Source: Caecitellus pseudoparvulus
Lineage: Eukaryota > Protista > Bigyra: Bicosoecida
Length of the DNA stretch: 64,000 bases
Reading direction: 5' to 3'
Assembly: GCA_965644315.1 (NCBI GenBank)
Contig: CBFFRQ010000068.1
Location: forward strand, 1,054,001-1,118,000
Program-made: the position numbers and the translations under genes
Shown here: in pieces, positions 62,086 to 64,000 of the stretch
Numbering within the stretch: the first letter of the stretch is position 1
How the letters are laid out: every line of letters begins with the position of its first letter
Notes under the pieces: generated by a model
Database searches by the model: none
What the model was told of the DNA's origin: nothing
What the model saw: the letters and a program-made list of their open reading frames with translations, nothing else

Positions 62086-64000
62086 TCACGGCCCATCGCT
62101 GGAGTCCGAGTCGCCGTCACCCTGCCCCTCCCCCCGCTCCTGGAACATCTCCCGCACCGCCTCCGACCCCAACGCCTGCTCCCCCAGCAGCTCCTCCCCA
62201 GACCCCCCCTTGCCCTCGCTGCCAAAGCTACGGTATCCAGACCGGCCCAGGGCGGGGCTTGGGGACAGGGCCATGTCCAGGCTGGCCTCGGAAGCCATGC
62301 GCCCGTGGCGTGGTTCTGCCTCTTCCCCGCGCGTCGCCACAGATAGCAGCGGCTCGGCTTCGTCAGAGGACAGGCGCCGGCGCTGCTCCGCCACCCGCCC
62401 CGAGTCCTGCGCGGCGCTGGGAGGGGGGGACTCAGCTCGACGCACGGGGCCCAGGAGTTCATCGCCTTCGCCTCCACCTGGGGGGCCCTGCGGCGTCGCC
62501 AGCACAGAGGAGGGTGGGGGGGGCGTCCCTTTGCGCTCCACCTTGAACCCCACATCGGATGAGGGGCCGCCCCAGCCGGACCCGCCCTTGGGCGAGCCGC
62601 CCACCTGCGGGGGCTCACCCGGCAGAGGACGGCTGTCCACAGACAGGGACCCGTCCACGGAGTCACCCATGGCGTCGTGAATGACGGGGGAGTCTCCCGA
62701 GGAGGTGGCCGAGCGGACGCCAAAGCCCCCTCGGCGCCCCAGGCGCCCTCTCTCCAAGCCCCCTGCCCGGCTGCGGGGGGGCAGGGCGCCTCCCCGCTCA
62801 GCTTTGGCCAGCGGGACAGCCTCTGCCTCGTCGTGGGCCTCGTGGGAGTCAGAGTCCACCTGCTTCGTGGCCCGTGTCTCCGCGGCTCGCTTGGCCACGG
62901 CGGCCCGCCGGGCCATGATGGCACGCTTGCGCCGGTACTTGGGGTCCGAGCGCACGCTGTACAGCCAGCAGTAGTACATGCCGCAGCCGAAGACCAGGAT
63001 GAACACCAGCACGCCAATGCAGATACCGATGATTTCCCACAGGCTGAGCCCCGTCTCGGGGGTGTTGCTCGCACCAGCCACGTCCTGCGTCACCTCTGTG
63101 CTGCCTGTGAAGCTGGCGTCCGCGACAGCGGCGGTGTCCACTGTCGACGCCACTAGCATGATGCGGGGCACGCCAGCTGCGTCCACCTGACTAGCCGCAG
63201 CCTGTGCACGCCTGCGCAGGGACGTGGTGCTGGTCGCAGCCTGCCTGGAAGCCACAGCTTGTGCCGCAGCGTACACGGCTTCAACGCCGACGCGCACAGC
63301 TGACGACGCGGACTTGGCGCCATTGACCAGCTCCTGCACGGCAGCGGGTGCGGCGGCCTCTCCTACCGCACTGGACCCCGGGCTAGCGATCTCCAACTGC
63401 ACATCCACACCTTGTGCACAAGTGGCGGCCCTGCCCAGGCCGCCGCAGGACGCCGCCCCGGCCACTGCCACGGCACCGGTCGCCGCCAGCCGGTTGCCTG
63501 CCGCGTTCACCCGCACACGCTGCACGGAGATGGAGGCGGCCACAGCGACATCCACGGCAAGGCTGGTGACCCAGGCCTCCCCCACGGCGCCGTCGTCGCC
63601 CACGTGCACGCCGGCAGCCACAAACGCCCCAGCGCCCCCTGTCACGCGGTGAAACGGGTACTCCGCTCCATACCGCGCCGTGGTTGTGTCCACTGAGGAC
63701 CCTGTCAGGGTGGCTGCGCGGGCTAGCACCGCGTCCACGACAGCCTGGGAGTAGCTGGACACGGGCAGGGTGAGTGTGGAGAGGGAGGTGCCGCAGGCCA
63801 CTGTGCGGCAGCTGCGGGACACTGACGGCCGCGTCAAGGCCGAGCAAGAGCCGTTCACACCCGACCAGGGGCTGAACAGCTGCGTGGGCACACCCGCCTC
63901 CAGGGCACTGCTGTAGCTCTCAGGGTCCGTCGCTGGCGTGAAGGAACCGGTGCCGTCACTGCGCCGGGTGGGGCCGTCGTACAGGACAGCCTCGCACACT
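62086..64000 (-). CDS. 3' part of a single-pass (type I-like) membrane protein with a Cys-containing, TSP1-like ectodomain end; truncated by the window edge
   Basis: CSALTRPSVSRSCRTVAC (TSP1-like end); TM LWEIIGICIGVLVFILVFGCGMYYCWLY followed by a basic stop-transfer segment; disordered tail. Confidence 0.75.
   Translation of the reverse strand, partial: VCEAVLYDGPTRRSDGTGSFTPATDPESYSSALEAGVPTQLFSPWSGVNGSCSALTRPSVSRSCRTVACGTSLSTLTLPVSSYSQAVVDAVLARAATLTGSSVDTTTARYGAEYPFHRVTGGAGAFVAAGVHVGDDGAVGEAWVTSLAVDVAVAASISVQRVRVNAAGNRLAATGAVAVAGAASCGGLGRAATCAQGVDVQLEIASPGSSAVGEAAAPAAVQELVNGAKSASSAVRVGVEAVYAAAQAVASRQAATSTTSLRRRAQAAASQVDAAGVPRIMLVASTVDTAAVADASFTGSTEVTQDVAGASNTPETGLSLWEIIGICIGVLVFILVFGCGMYYCWLYSVRSDPKYRRKRAIMARRAAVAKRAAETRATKQVDSDSHEAHDEAEAVPLAKAERGGALPPRSRAGGLERGRLGRRGGFGVRSATSSGDSPVIHDAMGDSVDGSLSVDSRPLPGEPPQVGGSPKGGSGWGGPSSDVGFKVERKGTPPPPSSVLATPQGPPGGGEGDELLGPVRRAESPPPSAAQDSGRVAEQRRRLSSDEAEPLLSVATRGEEAEPRHGRMASEASLDMALSPSPALGRSGYRSFGSEGKGGSGEELLGEQALGSEAVREMFQERGEGQGDGDSDSSDGP

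Noticed and set aside
1-64000. rRNA, tRNA, endogenous virus or retrotransposon
   Set aside because: No recognisable RNA-gene motifs, no low-GC island, and no RT, integrase, capsid or terminal-repeat signatures seen by eye; a covariance-model scan would be needed to exclude small RNAs

Overview
Gene-dense, GC-rich eukaryotic nuclear DNA with short GT-AG spliceosomal introns (about 60-150 nt; donors mostly GTGCGN/GTGAGT, acceptors YAG) and intergenic spacers often under 60 bp. There are no prokaryotic operons, CRISPR arrays or recognisable rRNA/tRNA. The gene content (GPCR-PIP kinase fusion, tubulin deglutamylase, fungal-type Zn2Cys6 factor) suggests a flagellated protist, plausibly a heterotrophic stramenopile (inference). 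About 22 genes are present: a CTC1-like OB-fold protein, an F-box/LRR protein, ATG18/WIPI, a PH-domain protein, a formin, p24/TMED, a GRIPAP1-like coiled coil, a Zn2Cys6 factor with a PAS-like region, a giant repeat protein, a TOM1/GPR137-like membrane protein, a CCP1-like carboxypeptidase, DUF2256, a degenerate photolyase-like protein, a Cyc8-like TPR protein, an F-box/TMEM185-like membrane protein, a GT-C-like glycosyltransferase, GPCR-PIPK, CCT-alpha and two edge-truncated genes. All family calls come from reading motifs by eye, not from database searches. Two observations stand out. (1) A ~12.8-kb minus-strand gene (~4,200 aa, one probable homopolymer frameshift) encodes about 14 C2-like domains (12 as near-identical 519-bp repeats), 2 IQ motifs and 4 copies of a dynein-stalk microtubule-binding-domain-like module with no motor, a candidate motorless membrane-microtubule tether. 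(2) A (C/G)AATGCA motif lies on the sense strand within ~55 nt after the stop codon of about 10 genes and is shared as a dyad between convergent genes, a candidate lineage-specific 3'-end processing signal.
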